The notes under the pieces were generated by a model. That model was given only the letters and a program-made list of their open reading frames with translations, made no database searches and was not told where the DNA came from. Below are positions 54,701 to 64,000 of a stretch of DNA of 64,000 nt, in pieces (position 1 is the first letter of the stretch; each line of letters starts with the position of its first letter). The position numbers were made by a program, and so were the translations under genes. The stretch spans positions 1,856,001-1,920,000 of the forward strand of contig CAWGMQ010000004.1 of NCBI GenBank assembly GCA_963823665.1, given 5' to 3'. The DNA comes from an uncultured Planctomycetota bacterium (GTDB taxonomy: Bacteria; Planctomycetota; Planctomycetia; Isosphaerales; Isosphaeraceae).

Positions 54701-56035
54701 TTACCCCGTCGTTTCTTGGGCTTGAATCTTCTTCTGCGAGCTCGCTGATCGTTCACCCAGTCCGAAGATATGGCGCACGAATGCCAGCACCGAGTGCGGA
54801 TGCGCGTGGTCAGGCAACGGCGCGGTCACGGCCGAGCGCACGGCCGCCCTGGGATGATGGAGGAACTGGTTCTGCAGCCGGATCGCCATGTGCGCAATGG
54901 CTTCACGGTCGGCCTCGGTCAAGTCGGGCCGGCTGGAATAGAACGCGGAAAGCTCGCGCTGGCGAATCTGGTCGGCGTGGTTGCCCAGTTGCTCGAGCAA
55001 GAGTCCCACGTCTCGCTGGTGGCGCAACTGTGTGCAGCACACGGCCGCTTCCCGCTCGATGATCGCCTGCGCCGGGTCAATCCCCTTCTGCCTCGAGAGC
55101 CGGTTTTGTTCGGCCTGCGCTCGCAGTTCGTCGACGTGGTAAAGCATCACCTGGTCAAGCGTGCCAATCCGCGGGTCGAAATCGCGAGGAAATGCGATGT
55201 CCAGGATCAAGGAAAGACGGTTCCGCCGCCCGCGCTGCACGCGAATGTACTGCTCGAGCGTCACGATCGGCTCGCTCGCGGCGGTTGTGCTGATCACTAG
55301 GTCGGCGTCGAGGAGCGCCTGCTCGAGCCGGTCAAACGCCACGGCCCGGCCGTTCCACCGAAGGGCGGTCTCCGCCGCTCTCTCCGCGTTTCGATTGGTG
55401 ACCAGGATCCGGCCCGGCGAAAGCCCTTTCAGATGCTGCAAGGTCAGCTCGCCCATCTTGCCGGCCCCGATCACCAGCACCGTCTTGTCGGCGAACGAAT
55501 CAAAAACTTCCTTGGCGAGGTCGACCGCCACGCTCGCCACCGACAGCTTGCCCTGATCCATCCCCGTCCGCTCGCGAACCAGCTTGCCGACGCGCAGTGC
55601 AGCCTGAAAAACCGAGTGGAAGACCGGGCCGACCGTCCGGCAGTCGACCGCCGTGCGATACGCCTCGCGAACCTGGCCCAGGATCTGTCCCTCCCCCAGC
55701 ACCAGGCTCTCCAGGCTGGCAGCCACCCGGAATAAGTGGTTCACCACCCCGTCGTCGTGGTAGCTCACCATGTGGCTCGAGAATAGCTCCGCATTGATGC
55801 CGTGCAGTTCAACCAGCATCTCGGTCAAGCCGTCGACATCTGGAATCTGCTCGGCGGCCCCAGCGACGTAAATCTCGACCCGATTGCAGGTCGAGAGCAC
55901 CACAAACTCATTGCCCGGGAACGCCGCGGCCAGGAGGCCCAGGCCCCTGCCGTACTTGGCGGCGTCGAAGGCCAGTGCTTCGCGGACCGCCTGGGGCGCC
56001 GAATGGTGATCTACCCCCAGAGCCAGCAATCTCAC
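54701..56035 (-). CDS. hemA: Glutamyl-tRNA reductase
   Basis: LSTCNRVEIY, SLESLVLGEGQILGQV, IGAGKMG, DIAFPRD. Confidence 0.96.
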   Translation of the reverse strand: MRLLALGVDHHSAPQAVREALAFDAAKYGRGLGLLAAAFPGNEFVVLSTCNRVEIYVAGAAEQIPDVDGLTEMLVELHGINAELFSSHMVSYHDDGVVNHLFRVAASLESLVLGEGQILGQVREAYRTAVDCRTVGPVFHSVFQAALRVGKLVRERTGMDQGKLSVASVAVDLAKEVFDSFADKTVLVIGAGKMGELTLQHLKGLSPGRILVTNRNAERAAETALRWNGRAVAFDRLEQALLDADLVISTTAASEPIVTLEQYIRVQRGRRNRLSLILDIAFPRDFDPRIGTLDQVMLYHVDELRAQAEQNRLSRQKGIDPAQAIIEREAAVCCTQLRHQRDVGLLLEQLGNHADQIRQRELSAFYSSRPDLTEADREAIAHMAIRLQNQFLHHPRAAVRSAVTAPLPDHAHPHSVLAFVRHIFGLGERSASSQKKIQAQETTG

Positions 56036-56922
56036 GGCGATACGATCCTCTGGTTATTCGAATTCCCGCTCGCGCCGTGGGCGGTCGGCAGCCCCAGCGC
56101 GTCGACGCCGATCCAGGTGAAAACCAGGAACGCAAACGCCACGATCGAGAGCACCATGACGCTCCTGCCGCGCATCTCCGGACGGAACCTCGCATGCAAG
56201 AGCACCGCGAAGACCACCCACATGACTAACGCGCTCACGACCTTGGGGTCGGTCCATTGCAGCCTGTGCACCGGGAGAAGCCCGGCCGCTTGCCCTCGCG
56301 CGCTCAAGCTCAAGATCATGCCGATCAAGAGCCCGAAAGTCAGCAACGGAAAAGCAATCGTGATCGCCCCCCGGTTGATCCGTTCCGACTGCTCGAGACT
56401 CGGCAGCGCCAGCCCGATTCGCGATGGCCGTTTCGCCTTCAGCCGCCGGTTCTGCACCAGATACATCACCCCCGCCGCGAAAGCGACGCATGCGAAGACC
56501 GCGCCGCCAAGCAGGAAAACCCCGTGAACCGTGCCCCAGAATGCAACCGTGCCTCCCCACTCCTGCCAGCTCGACTCGCGCGGCGCGAACGACCCCGCCA
56601 CCACCACCAGGCCCAGCACGATTGGCAGCACGAAGATCCCCACCGCCACCGGCCTGGGAGCGCGAAACATCAGGTAAAGCCCGATCAGCGCCACGATCCA
56701 CGACAACAGCATCACCGACTCAAACGGCGTGGTCACCAGGATCGACGGATTCTTGAATGCAAGATTGGCCAGGAACGCTGTCTGAACCAGCCAGCCCAGA
56801 GCCATCAAACCCGCCGCCGCGTACCAGCGCACCGCGCTGCGCACGAAGAACCTTGCGGCCTCGGCCAGTAGCGCCAGACCGTATGTCCCCGCGAAGCAGA
56901 GCACCGACAGACGATCGATCAC
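56032..56922 (-). CDS. ccsA: Cytochrome c assembly protein (CcsA/HemX-like membrane protein)
   Basis: About 8 TM segments, TVHG, MYLVQNRRLK, LPSLEQSE, WTDPKV; overlaps the hemA start. Confidence 0.8.
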   Translation of the reverse strand: MIDRLSVLCFAGTYGLALLAEAARFFVRSAVRWYAAAGLMALGWLVQTAFLANLAFKNPSILVTTPFESVMLLSWIVALIGLYLMFRAPRPVAVGIFVLPIVLGLVVVAGSFAPRESSWQEWGGTVAFWGTVHGVFLLGGAVFACVAFAAGVMYLVQNRRLKAKRPSRIGLALPSLEQSERINRGAITIAFPLLTFGLLIGMILSLSARGQAAGLLPVHRLQWTDPKVVSALVMWVVFAVLLHARFRPEMRGRSVMVLSIVAFAFLVFTWIGVDALGLPTAHGASGNSNNQRIVSP

Positions 56923-57154
56923 AATAGCTCCCCCGCTCGCACGCCCCCACGTGTTCTTTGACCCGGGCCCGCGACCAGATCCATTCTAAGGAGCCATGGC
57001 CGTCAATCCCAGATCAGCTCGTAAATGTTCGCTCCTGCTGCGAAGTTGCATCGACTTCGGCATGCCGATTGCACCACAGAACACCATGAGCCAGCCGAAA
57101 CATGAAAAAACAATCCGGCTGGAATATGAGAATCAACTAAGAGGAGCCCTGATC

Positions 57155-57973
57155 ATGAACGCGCTTCGAGATCAGAGACGCGTGCGGAAAACTCAACCAA
57201 TCCTGGAATATCTGGATTTGAGAATTACACCGACGGCAATCTCCGCCGTCGCGAATCTGGCCGGCGAGCTCAGGGTAGAGTCGCACGAGGTAGGCCGGTG
57301 GGAAGCCTCACTCGCCACTTCTCGATCCGGCAGTCGAGAACAGACATTCCTCACCAACCACATCACCCGCACCGAGGGCCGCATGGCCGTTCAGGACGCG
57401 CGTCTCGCGCGAATCGAAGCGGCAAATCCGATGGCGGCGCCGATTGCTGTAACTGTCGGCTCGCCCAGCCCTATCAACGCCGGACGGCCAGGTATTATCG
57501 AGCCCCAGCCACCCGGCCCCCCCACCGACCCGCCCATTCCGTTCCCGCTTGCCACCCGCTCGGTTTCCCCGATCAGTTCCGCCTCGACAGCAAGCGGCAC
57601 CACCTCGACATCAAGTAGCACGACGTCTCCGGCCGCAACCAGTCTCCCGGCCAACGTGTCCCAAACCCTCGGCGTCATTTACGCCGCCTATGAAGCCAAC
57701 CCTTCGGATTTTCCGGCCAACATCCCGGCGACGAACGGCGCCAACCGCGTGCAGATTCAAGGAACTAGTGTCGGAATCGACATACGCGACAACAACACCG
57801 CCGATTTCAACACCTTCTTAGCCGAGCTTCAAAGCGCTGGCATGCAAATCACCGATAGCAGCGCGCAGTACGGCGTCGTCGACGGCTTCCTGCCCGTTGC
57901 ACAGCTTCCGGCAGTCGCCTCGCTACCCGATGCGCCCAGCGTGGCTCCCCTCTACCAGCCGAGCCTGAAGTGA
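57155..57973 (+). CDS. Secreted hypothetical protein (LExR-like signal, Pro/Ser/Thr linker, small C-terminal domain)
   Basis: GAGGAG RBS; RRVRKTQPILEYLDLRITPT; C-terminal LQSAGMQIT...YGVVDGFLPVAQLPAVASL. Confidence 0.7.
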   Translation: MNALRDQRRVRKTQPILEYLDLRITPTAISAVANLAGELRVESHEVGRWEASLATSRSGSREQTFLTNHITRTEGRMAVQDARLARIEAANPMAAPIAVTVGSPSPINAGRPGIIEPQPPGPPTDPPIPFPLATRSVSPISSASTASGTTSTSSSTTSPAATSLPANVSQTLGVIYAAYEANPSDFPANIPATNGANRVQIQGTSVGIDIRDNNTADFNTFLAELQSAGMQITDSSAQYGVVDGFLPVAQLPAVASLPDAPSVAPLYQPSLK

Positions 57974-58045
57974 CGAGGCGCAAACGCGAACAGCGGGAGA
58001 ACCGCTGAGCGATGCGGCTGGCCGGGAATCGATCCCACAGCCGCG

Positions 58046-60765
58046 TCACTCTTCGCCGTCCACGCCCGGATCCGAATCTGGATCGTCACCGGCCTCGGCC
58101 TCTCCCTCCTCGACCGAGTCACGCACGTCGTCTTCCGTTTGCAGCGTGACTTCGCCGTTGCTGCCGGTCTCGCCATCGCCCTCCCCGTCAGCGTGCGGGC
58201 CAAGCGAGGGCTCTGTCGCTATCAGATCGGCCGAGTCGCCGATCTCGTCCTCGGGCAATTTGGCCAGGCTGCTCACGACGTCCCCTTCGTCGAGCTTGAT
58301 CAAACGCACGCCCTGTGTGTTCCGCCCGATCGTGCGTGTGGTGCTCACCCGGGTACGGATGACCATGCCGCCGCTGGTCGTGAGCATCACCTCGTCGTCC
58401 TCGGTCACCTTGCAAACCGCGACGACCGGCCCGTTGCGCTCGCTGGTCTGAATGTCGATCAAACCTTTTCCACCGCGGTTCTGTGAGCGGTATTCCGTCA
58501 GGAGCGTCCGTTTCCCGAAGCCATTGGCGCAGACAGTCAGCAGGCTCGCAGGGTCATCGTCGCCGTTGGCGACCACCATTCCGATCACCAGGTCCCCTTC
58601 GCCAAGCTCGATGCCCTTGACGCCATAAGCCGGCCGGCCCATGGCGCGCACCCGCGCTTCGTCGAATCGGATCGACATCCCCTCGCGCGTGGAGAGAACC
58701 ACGTGGTCGCCGGCCTTCACACGCACCACGCCGATCAGCTCGTCATTTTCCTCGAGCCCCAGCGCAATGATTCCACGCCCGAGCGGCCGCTTGAAGGCCT
58801 TGAGCTCCGTCTTCTTGACCGTCCCCCGCCGCGTGACCATGAGCAGGCACTCGTCCTCGCGGAACTGCCGCACCGGTACCAACCCGGTGATCCGCTCTCC
58901 TTCACCCAGTTGCAGCAAGTTGACGATCGCCCGCCCGCCCGCCGTCCGCGTCGCGATCGGCACATCGTAAACCTTGAGCCAGTACACCTTGCCCTTGTCC
59001 GTGAAAAACAAAATGTAGTCGTGCGTCAGTGCGACGAACATGTGCTCCAGGAAATCGCCTTCCTTCGTGTTGGCAGCCGTGATTCCTCGCCCTCCCCGGC
59101 CCTGGGCGCGATACGTGCTGGGCGGAAGCCGCTTGATGTAACCGTCGTGCGTCACCGTCACGACCATGTTCTCTTCGCGGATCAGGGCTTCCTTGTCGTA
59201 GTCCCCCACTTCCTCGTCGGAGATCTCGCTGCGCCGAGGGTCGGCATACTTGTTCTTCATCTCGATCAGATCAGCCCGCACCATGTCGCGGATCTTCTGT
59301 TCATCGGTCAGGATCGCCACGAAGTTGGCAATGCTCTCCTTGAGTCCGGCATATTCCTCCGCAAGCTTGTCGGCCTCGAGTCCGGTCAATCGCTGCAACT
59401 GCATCGACAGGATCGCATCCGCCTGGTTCCGCGTGAGCCCCGCTGATTCCTTGGCTTCCGGGTCGTTGAGCGCACGCCTGAGAATCTCGGCAGAGACCGC
59501 GATCCCCATCAGCCGGGTACGCGCTTCCGGCGGGTTGGCCGAGCTCCGGATCACGCGGATGATCTCGTCGATATAGGCCAGCGCGATCAAGAGCCCTTCA
59601 ATGACGTGCGCACGCTGCACTGCGCCTGACGAAGCTGATGCTGAGTGCGCCGCCGGATCACGTTGATGCGATGCTCGACGAACAGACGCAAGAGCTCGAG
59701 CAGCGGCAAGGTCCTGGGCCTGCCGTTCACAAGCGCCAGCATGATGATGCTGAACGAATCCTGCAGCGGTGAATACTCGAAGAGCTGGTTCAAGATCACG
59801 TTCGGGTCTTCAGCCTTCTTCACCGTCACCGCAATCCGCACGGGCTGTTTGCGATCGCTGAAGTCGTCGATGTTCGACACCCCGGTGATCCGGCCGGCGT
59901 TCACCAGCTCAGCCAGTTTCTTGAGCAGCATTTCCTTGGTGAGCTGGTACGGAATCTCCAAGAAGTTGATCTGGCTCCGGCCGTCTTTCAGCTCTTCAAT
60001 CTCGTACTTGGCGCGGATCACGACCCGGCCGCGGCCGGTCATGTACGCTTCCTTGATGCCCATCCGCCCGCAAAGCGTGGCACCGGTGGGGAAATCCGGC
60101 CCAGGCAAAAGCTGCATCGCCGCGTCGAGATCGATCGTCGGATCATCGATATACGCAACCAGGGCGTCGCACACCTCTCCCAGGTTGTGAGGCGGCATCG
60201 ACGTCGCCATCCCCACCGCAATTCCCCCCGAGCCGTTGACCAGCAAGTTCGGGAATTTCCCCGGCAGCACCCGCGGCTCCTGATACTTCTCGTCGTAATT
60301 CGGCTGGAAATCGACGGTGTCGAGCTGGATGTCCTCGAGCATCTCGGCGGCAACCGGCGAAAGCTTCGCCTCCGTGTACCGCATCGCCGCCGGCGGCAGC
60401 CCGTGAATGCTGCCGAAGTTGCCCTGCGGCGTCACCAGCAAGTGCCGTGAGTTCCACCACTGGCCCATGCGCGTCAGCGTGGGATAGATCGAGTTCTCAC
60501 CGTGCGGGTGATATCGTTTCATCGTCTCGCCGACGATGCCCGCACATTTGCTCGTCGAGCCGCCTGGGTTTAACCCCAGGTCGCGCATCGCGACCAAGAT
60601 CCGTCGCTGCGACGGCTTGAGTCCATCACGCACGTCCGGCAAGGCCCGGCTGATGATGACGGACATCGCATAATTGAGGTAGCTTTCCTTGAGCTCGTCC
60701 TCGATGTCCAGGGGCGGTGTCGGCAGATGCGCTTCCGGTGGCGAAACAGGAGTGTCCACGTTCAA
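58046..60765 (-). CDS. gyrA: DNA gyrase subunit A; frameshift near 59620
   Basis: [41 protein letters not shown]; GyrA-box QGRGGRG; acidic tail. Confidence 0.96.
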
Positions 60766-60915
60766 CCGATCTCTAGTCTAGTAAACGGATGCCGTCGCTC
60801 CATCTCGCCGGTACCGCCTCGCAAGACGGCCACCGGCAAACGGCGTCAAGTTGGACCCAACAGCTTACCCGCATTGCCAGTTCCGTGCAACGCTTACAGA
60901 CACCCGCCGGCGGTC

Positions 60916-61986
60916 CTACCCTTGCCACGACACCGTCCGCTCGCCGGGCACCACTTCCCCGATGATCCAGCATGCTATCTTGAGTCGACGGCTCAGCCGC
61001 CGCACGATCGCCTCCGCGAAATGCTCGGCAACGACGATCACCAGGCCGATCCCCATGTTGAACACGCGATCCATCTCGGCCGTTTCGACCGATCCCAACG
61101 CCTGCAGCCACGGGAAAACCCTCGGCACTGTCCAGGAATCCCGCCGCAGCAAGATCCCGTGCCCTTCCGGCAGGATGCGCGGCAGGTTCTCCACCAGCCC
61201 CCCGCCCGTGATGTGCGCGATCCCGTGCACGATCCGCTTCACCCGGTACGGCCTGTACACCGTCTTGACCGCCCGTACATAGAGCCGAGTGGGCTCAAGC
61301 AGTTCATCGGCAACCGTCCTCCCCAGCTCCGGGACGAACGTGTCCGGCTTCAGGCAGGCATGCTCGAAAACAATCTTCCGCGCCAGGCTGTAGCCGTTGG
61401 AATGGAGACCGGAGCTCGCCAGTCCGATGACCTTGTCCCCCAGCCGGATCTCGCTCCCGTTCAGGATGTGCTTGCGCTCCACCACCCCCACGCAAAAACC
61501 GGCCAGGTCGTACTCCCCTTCCTTGTAGAAGTCGGGAAGAATCGCCGTCTCTCCCCCCAGCAGGGCGCAGTCCGACTCGATGCACGCGTCGCTGATCCCG
61601 CCCACGATCTGGCTCGTCAGCTCCGGATCGTCCCGGCTCATCGCCACGTAATCCAGAAAGAAGAGCGGCTCCGCGCCCGCGCACAGACAATCGTTGACCG
61701 ACATCGCCACCAGGTCGATGCCCACCGTCCGATGCCGGCCGGTCGCAAAGGCCAGCTTGAGCTTCGTGCCCACACCGTCGGTCGAAGCAACCAGCACCGG
61801 GTCGCGATAGGCCCGCGAAAGCAGCCCGATCTGGTCGTCCAGCCGGAAAAGACCGGCAAATCCGTTTTTCCAGTCAATCACTCGCGGCGTGTAAGTACGC
61901 CGCAAGTGAGGCCCGATTCGCGAGATCGTCTCCGCGTACGTCTCGAGATTCACCCCGGCCGAGCGATAGTCCAAAGGTTCATTCAT
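60916..61986 (-). CDS. purM: Phosphoribosylformylglycinamidine cyclo-ligase
   Basis: YRSAGV, STDGVGTKL, GAEPLFFLDY, GGETA, SSGLHSNGYSL, HITGGG, FNMGIG. Confidence 0.97.
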   Translation of the reverse strand: MNEPLDYRSAGVNLETYAETISRIGPHLRRTYTPRVIDWKNGFAGLFRLDDQIGLLSRAYRDPVLVASTDGVGTKLKLAFATGRHRTVGIDLVAMSVNDCLCAGAEPLFFLDYVAMSRDDPELTSQIVGGISDACIESDCALLGGETAILPDFYKEGEYDLAGFCVGVVERKHILNGSEIRLGDKVIGLASSGLHSNGYSLARKIVFEHACLKPDTFVPELGRTVADELLEPTRLYVRAVKTVYRPYRVKRIVHGIAHITGGGLVENLPRILPEGHGILLRRDSWTVPRVFPWLQALGSVETAEMDRVFNMGIGLVIVVAEHFAEAIVRRLSRRLKIACWIIGEVVPGERTVSWQG

Positions 61987-62283
61987 GAGTCGGAAATACA
62001 CCGGCTAATCGAAATCATGAGTGCATCGCGCACGACCGAGCTCCCGCCCGCTGCCAGCGCCTTGCCGTCTATTTGAAGGCTCGCAATCGGCTTTCGGCAC
62101 ATCATCTTACGGCTTGAGCCCGCCGTTGAAAAGCAAGCGAGCCTCATCGGTCCTTGAACGAGCGAGCAACCCCGGATATCTTTTAATCAGAGTTCGAGGC
62201 CCGCCAACTGGGTGAGGTCCGCCTGCCTTCGACGAACGACCTGACGTCGATGATCTATCCCACCGCGATGGAGTCTTTGCACA

Positions 62284-62748
62284 ATGGTCCGGAAATGCCT
62301 TGCTTTCGCCCTGAGCGCAGGAGTGCTGTTCGGGATTCTCGCCCTGGTCGGCCCCAGTCTCTCCTGGGCAGACGACGACGAGAGTCCGCTCGAAAAGATC
62401 ATGGAGAAAGTGCAAAAGCACAACAGCACCATTCAGAAGGGCGTGCGGAGCAAGCCCAACTTCGCCAAGGCCCAGAAGGATGTCGTGAAGAGCGCCAAGG
62501 AGCTGATCACCCTCGCCAAGGACGCCAAGAAAATCAAGGACGCCGTCAAGAAGGCGAAGGACGTCGCCGACCCCGAAAAGAAATGGGACACCTATATGGA
62601 CGATTTCATCAAGACCTGTGAAGAGCTCGAAAAGGTGGCCGGAAAGTCGGATGCCACATTCGAAGACGCCAAAGAGGCGTTCAAAAAGGTGACAAGTGCC
62701 TGCGCCGACTGTCACAACGACTTCCGCAAAGAGAAAGAGGGCTTCTGA
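62284..62748 (+). CDS. Periplasmic class II cytochrome c (c'-like)
   Basis: Signal peptide (SLSWA-DD), helical Lys-rich body, C-terminal CADCH haem motif. Confidence 0.85.
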   Translation: MVRKCLAFALSAGVLFGILALVGPSLSWADDDESPLEKIMEKVQKHNSTIQKGVRSKPNFAKAQKDVVKSAKELITLAKDAKKIKDAVKKAKDVADPEKKWDTYMDDFIKTCEELEKVAGKSDATFEDAKEAFKKVTSACADCHNDFRKEKEGF

Positions 62749-62756
62749 ATTGCCCG

Positions 62757-63487
62757 ATGCACTTCCTCGATCTGACCCTGCCCACCGTCGCCGCCAATCT
62801 CGCGCTTGACGAAGCACTCCTGATCGAGGCAGACGCCGGGCGAGGCAGTGCCCTCCTCCGGCTCTGGGACCCGCCCGAATTCGCCGTGGTGCTGGGCGCC
62901 TCCCGCCGTATGGCCGACGAGGTTTTCTCGAGTGCCTGCGCGTCCGACCAGATTACGATCCTGCGTCGCTCAAGCGGCGGCGGCACCGTCCTGGTCGGCC
63001 CGGGCGTCCTTTGCGTCACCGTCATCCTGCCCGAAGACGCCGCCCCCGGGCTTTCACGCGTCGACCTGGCCCACTCCTACGTCCTCGACCGGATCGCAGC
63101 AGCCCTTCAGAGCGCCGTGCCCGCCGTCGATGTTCACGTGCTCGGCCGCGGCGACCTCGTTTTGCGCGGACGCAAGTTCGGCGGCAGCGCCCAGCGCCGG
63201 CTCCAGAGCTGGTTCATGGTCCACTGCTCGATCCTTTCGGATTTCCCGATCGAGCGCATCTCCCGCTGCCTCAAAATGCCGTCCCGCCAGCCCGAGTATC
63301 GCGCCGGCCGGTCCCACGAGAACTTCCTCGCCAACCTGGCGCTACCTCGCGCAACTGTCGCAAACGCCATCCGCCACGCATTCTCTGCCGGCACGACCTC
63401 ACTCCCGGTAAATCCCGCCCTCCGCGCTACTCGGAATCCCTCCTCGCCGAGAAATTCGCGAACCGGCAGTGGATCGAGCGGTTCTGA
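62757..63487 (+). CDS. Lipoate-protein ligase A family; frameshift near 63428
   Basis: NLALDEALL, LRLW, RRSSGGGTV, RKFGGSAQ; shifted C-terminus ESLLAEKFANRQWIERF*; upstream of sucA. Confidence 0.88.
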
Positions 63488-63629
63488 ACCGTCTGAGCTA
63501 TAATCAATGAATCGGCCCCTCCGCGCTGGCAGTAAGGCCCCACGGGGAGCGGCACCCAGTGATCTAAAGCATCCGTCGCATCGCCTTCCTTCCCTCAGAA
63601 TCGTGGAAGGCGGCAAAAGGCACCCCATC

Positions 63630-64000
63630 ATGGAACGAGCAACCTTCGCTATCCCCGCTAACTTGAGCCTGATCGAAGATTACCTCCAGCGATGGAAGAA
63701 TGACCCGTCCTCGGTCGACGCGTCCTGGCGCATCTTTTTTGAAGGCTATGAGTTAGGTCGTCCAGCCCGGAGCGACGGCCAGCGATCCCCTCGATCTCGA
63801 CGCCGCTCGTGCCCAGGCCGCCGTGACGCGCTTGGTCGACGCGTATCGCGAGTTCGGCCACTACCTGGCCGATCTCGACCCCCTGAAGCTGAAGCCGCGG
63901 AACAAGACCTTCGAGCTGCTCGAGCCCGCTGCATTCGGTCTGACCGAGGCCGACCTGAACCGCGTTTTCTACAACAAGCTGAGCGACGCGGGTTATTCCA
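63630..64000 (+). CDS. sucA: 2-oxoglutarate dehydrogenase E1 (5' part; frameshift near 63762)
   Basis: ANLSLIEDYLQRWKNDPSSVDASWRIFFEGYELG, then VTRLVDAYREFGHYLADLDPL...FGLTEADL. Confidence 0.88.
   Translation, partial: MERATFAIPANLSLIEDYLQRWKNDPSSVDASWRIFFEGYELGRPARSDGQRSPRSRRRSCPGRRDALGRRVSRVRPLPGRSRPPEAEAAEQDLRAARARCIRSDRGRPEPRFLQQAERRGLF

Noticed and set aside
58046..60765. gyrA as a pseudogene, split gene or programmed frameshift; or as parC
   Set aside because: Essential gene with intact motifs on both sides of a 2-nt indel, no slippery sequence, and similar indels throughout the window; the GyrA-box identifies it as GyrA
63500..63629. Possible structured RNA leader upstream of sucA
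   Set aside because: GC-rich pairing is possible, but I could not match it to a known motif; would need an Rfam/covariation search

Overview
High-GC bacterial DNA with strong Planctomycetota hallmarks (LExR-type 'planctomycete extracellular' signals, DUF1559 prepilin protein, membrane-anchored ECF sigma factor, typical short REP-like repeats); an Isosphaeraceae-like origin is my inference. Many genes, including essential gyrA, are split by 1-2 nt indels, so the sequence most likely carries long-read/assembly errors rather than mass pseudogenisation. Layout: (1) 1-5100 minus-strand leuC-leuD-cysH-Rrf2 regulator-sat/cysC; (2) 5100-26700 accessory region with an orphan ABC-2 permease, YkgJ-type Cys-cluster protein, repeat-rich 'NALKHG' hypothetical protein, PEP-CTERM protein, RTX-like secreted protein, IS1380 remnant, a ~3540-aa beta-helix + ~22 Ig-like-domain surface protein, a decarboxylase remnant and a HigBA module; (3) 26880-51230 a ~24-kb minus-strand type IV filament locus: pilB-pilT-pilB-pilC, two large pilins, a greatly enlarged FimU/PilV/PilW/PilX-like minor-pilin set (PilX-like ~2460 aa) rich in Ca-binding-type acidic loops, and a DUF1559 gene, with a divergent membrane-anchored ECF sigma factor; (4) 53500-64000 housekeeping genes (DUF4432, hemA, ccsA, gyrA, purM, cytochrome c', lipoate ligase, start of sucA). 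The best candidate for an undescribed system is the giant-pilin type IV filament locus; a further oddity is that genomic repeats appear to be translated inside cleavable prepilin leaders.
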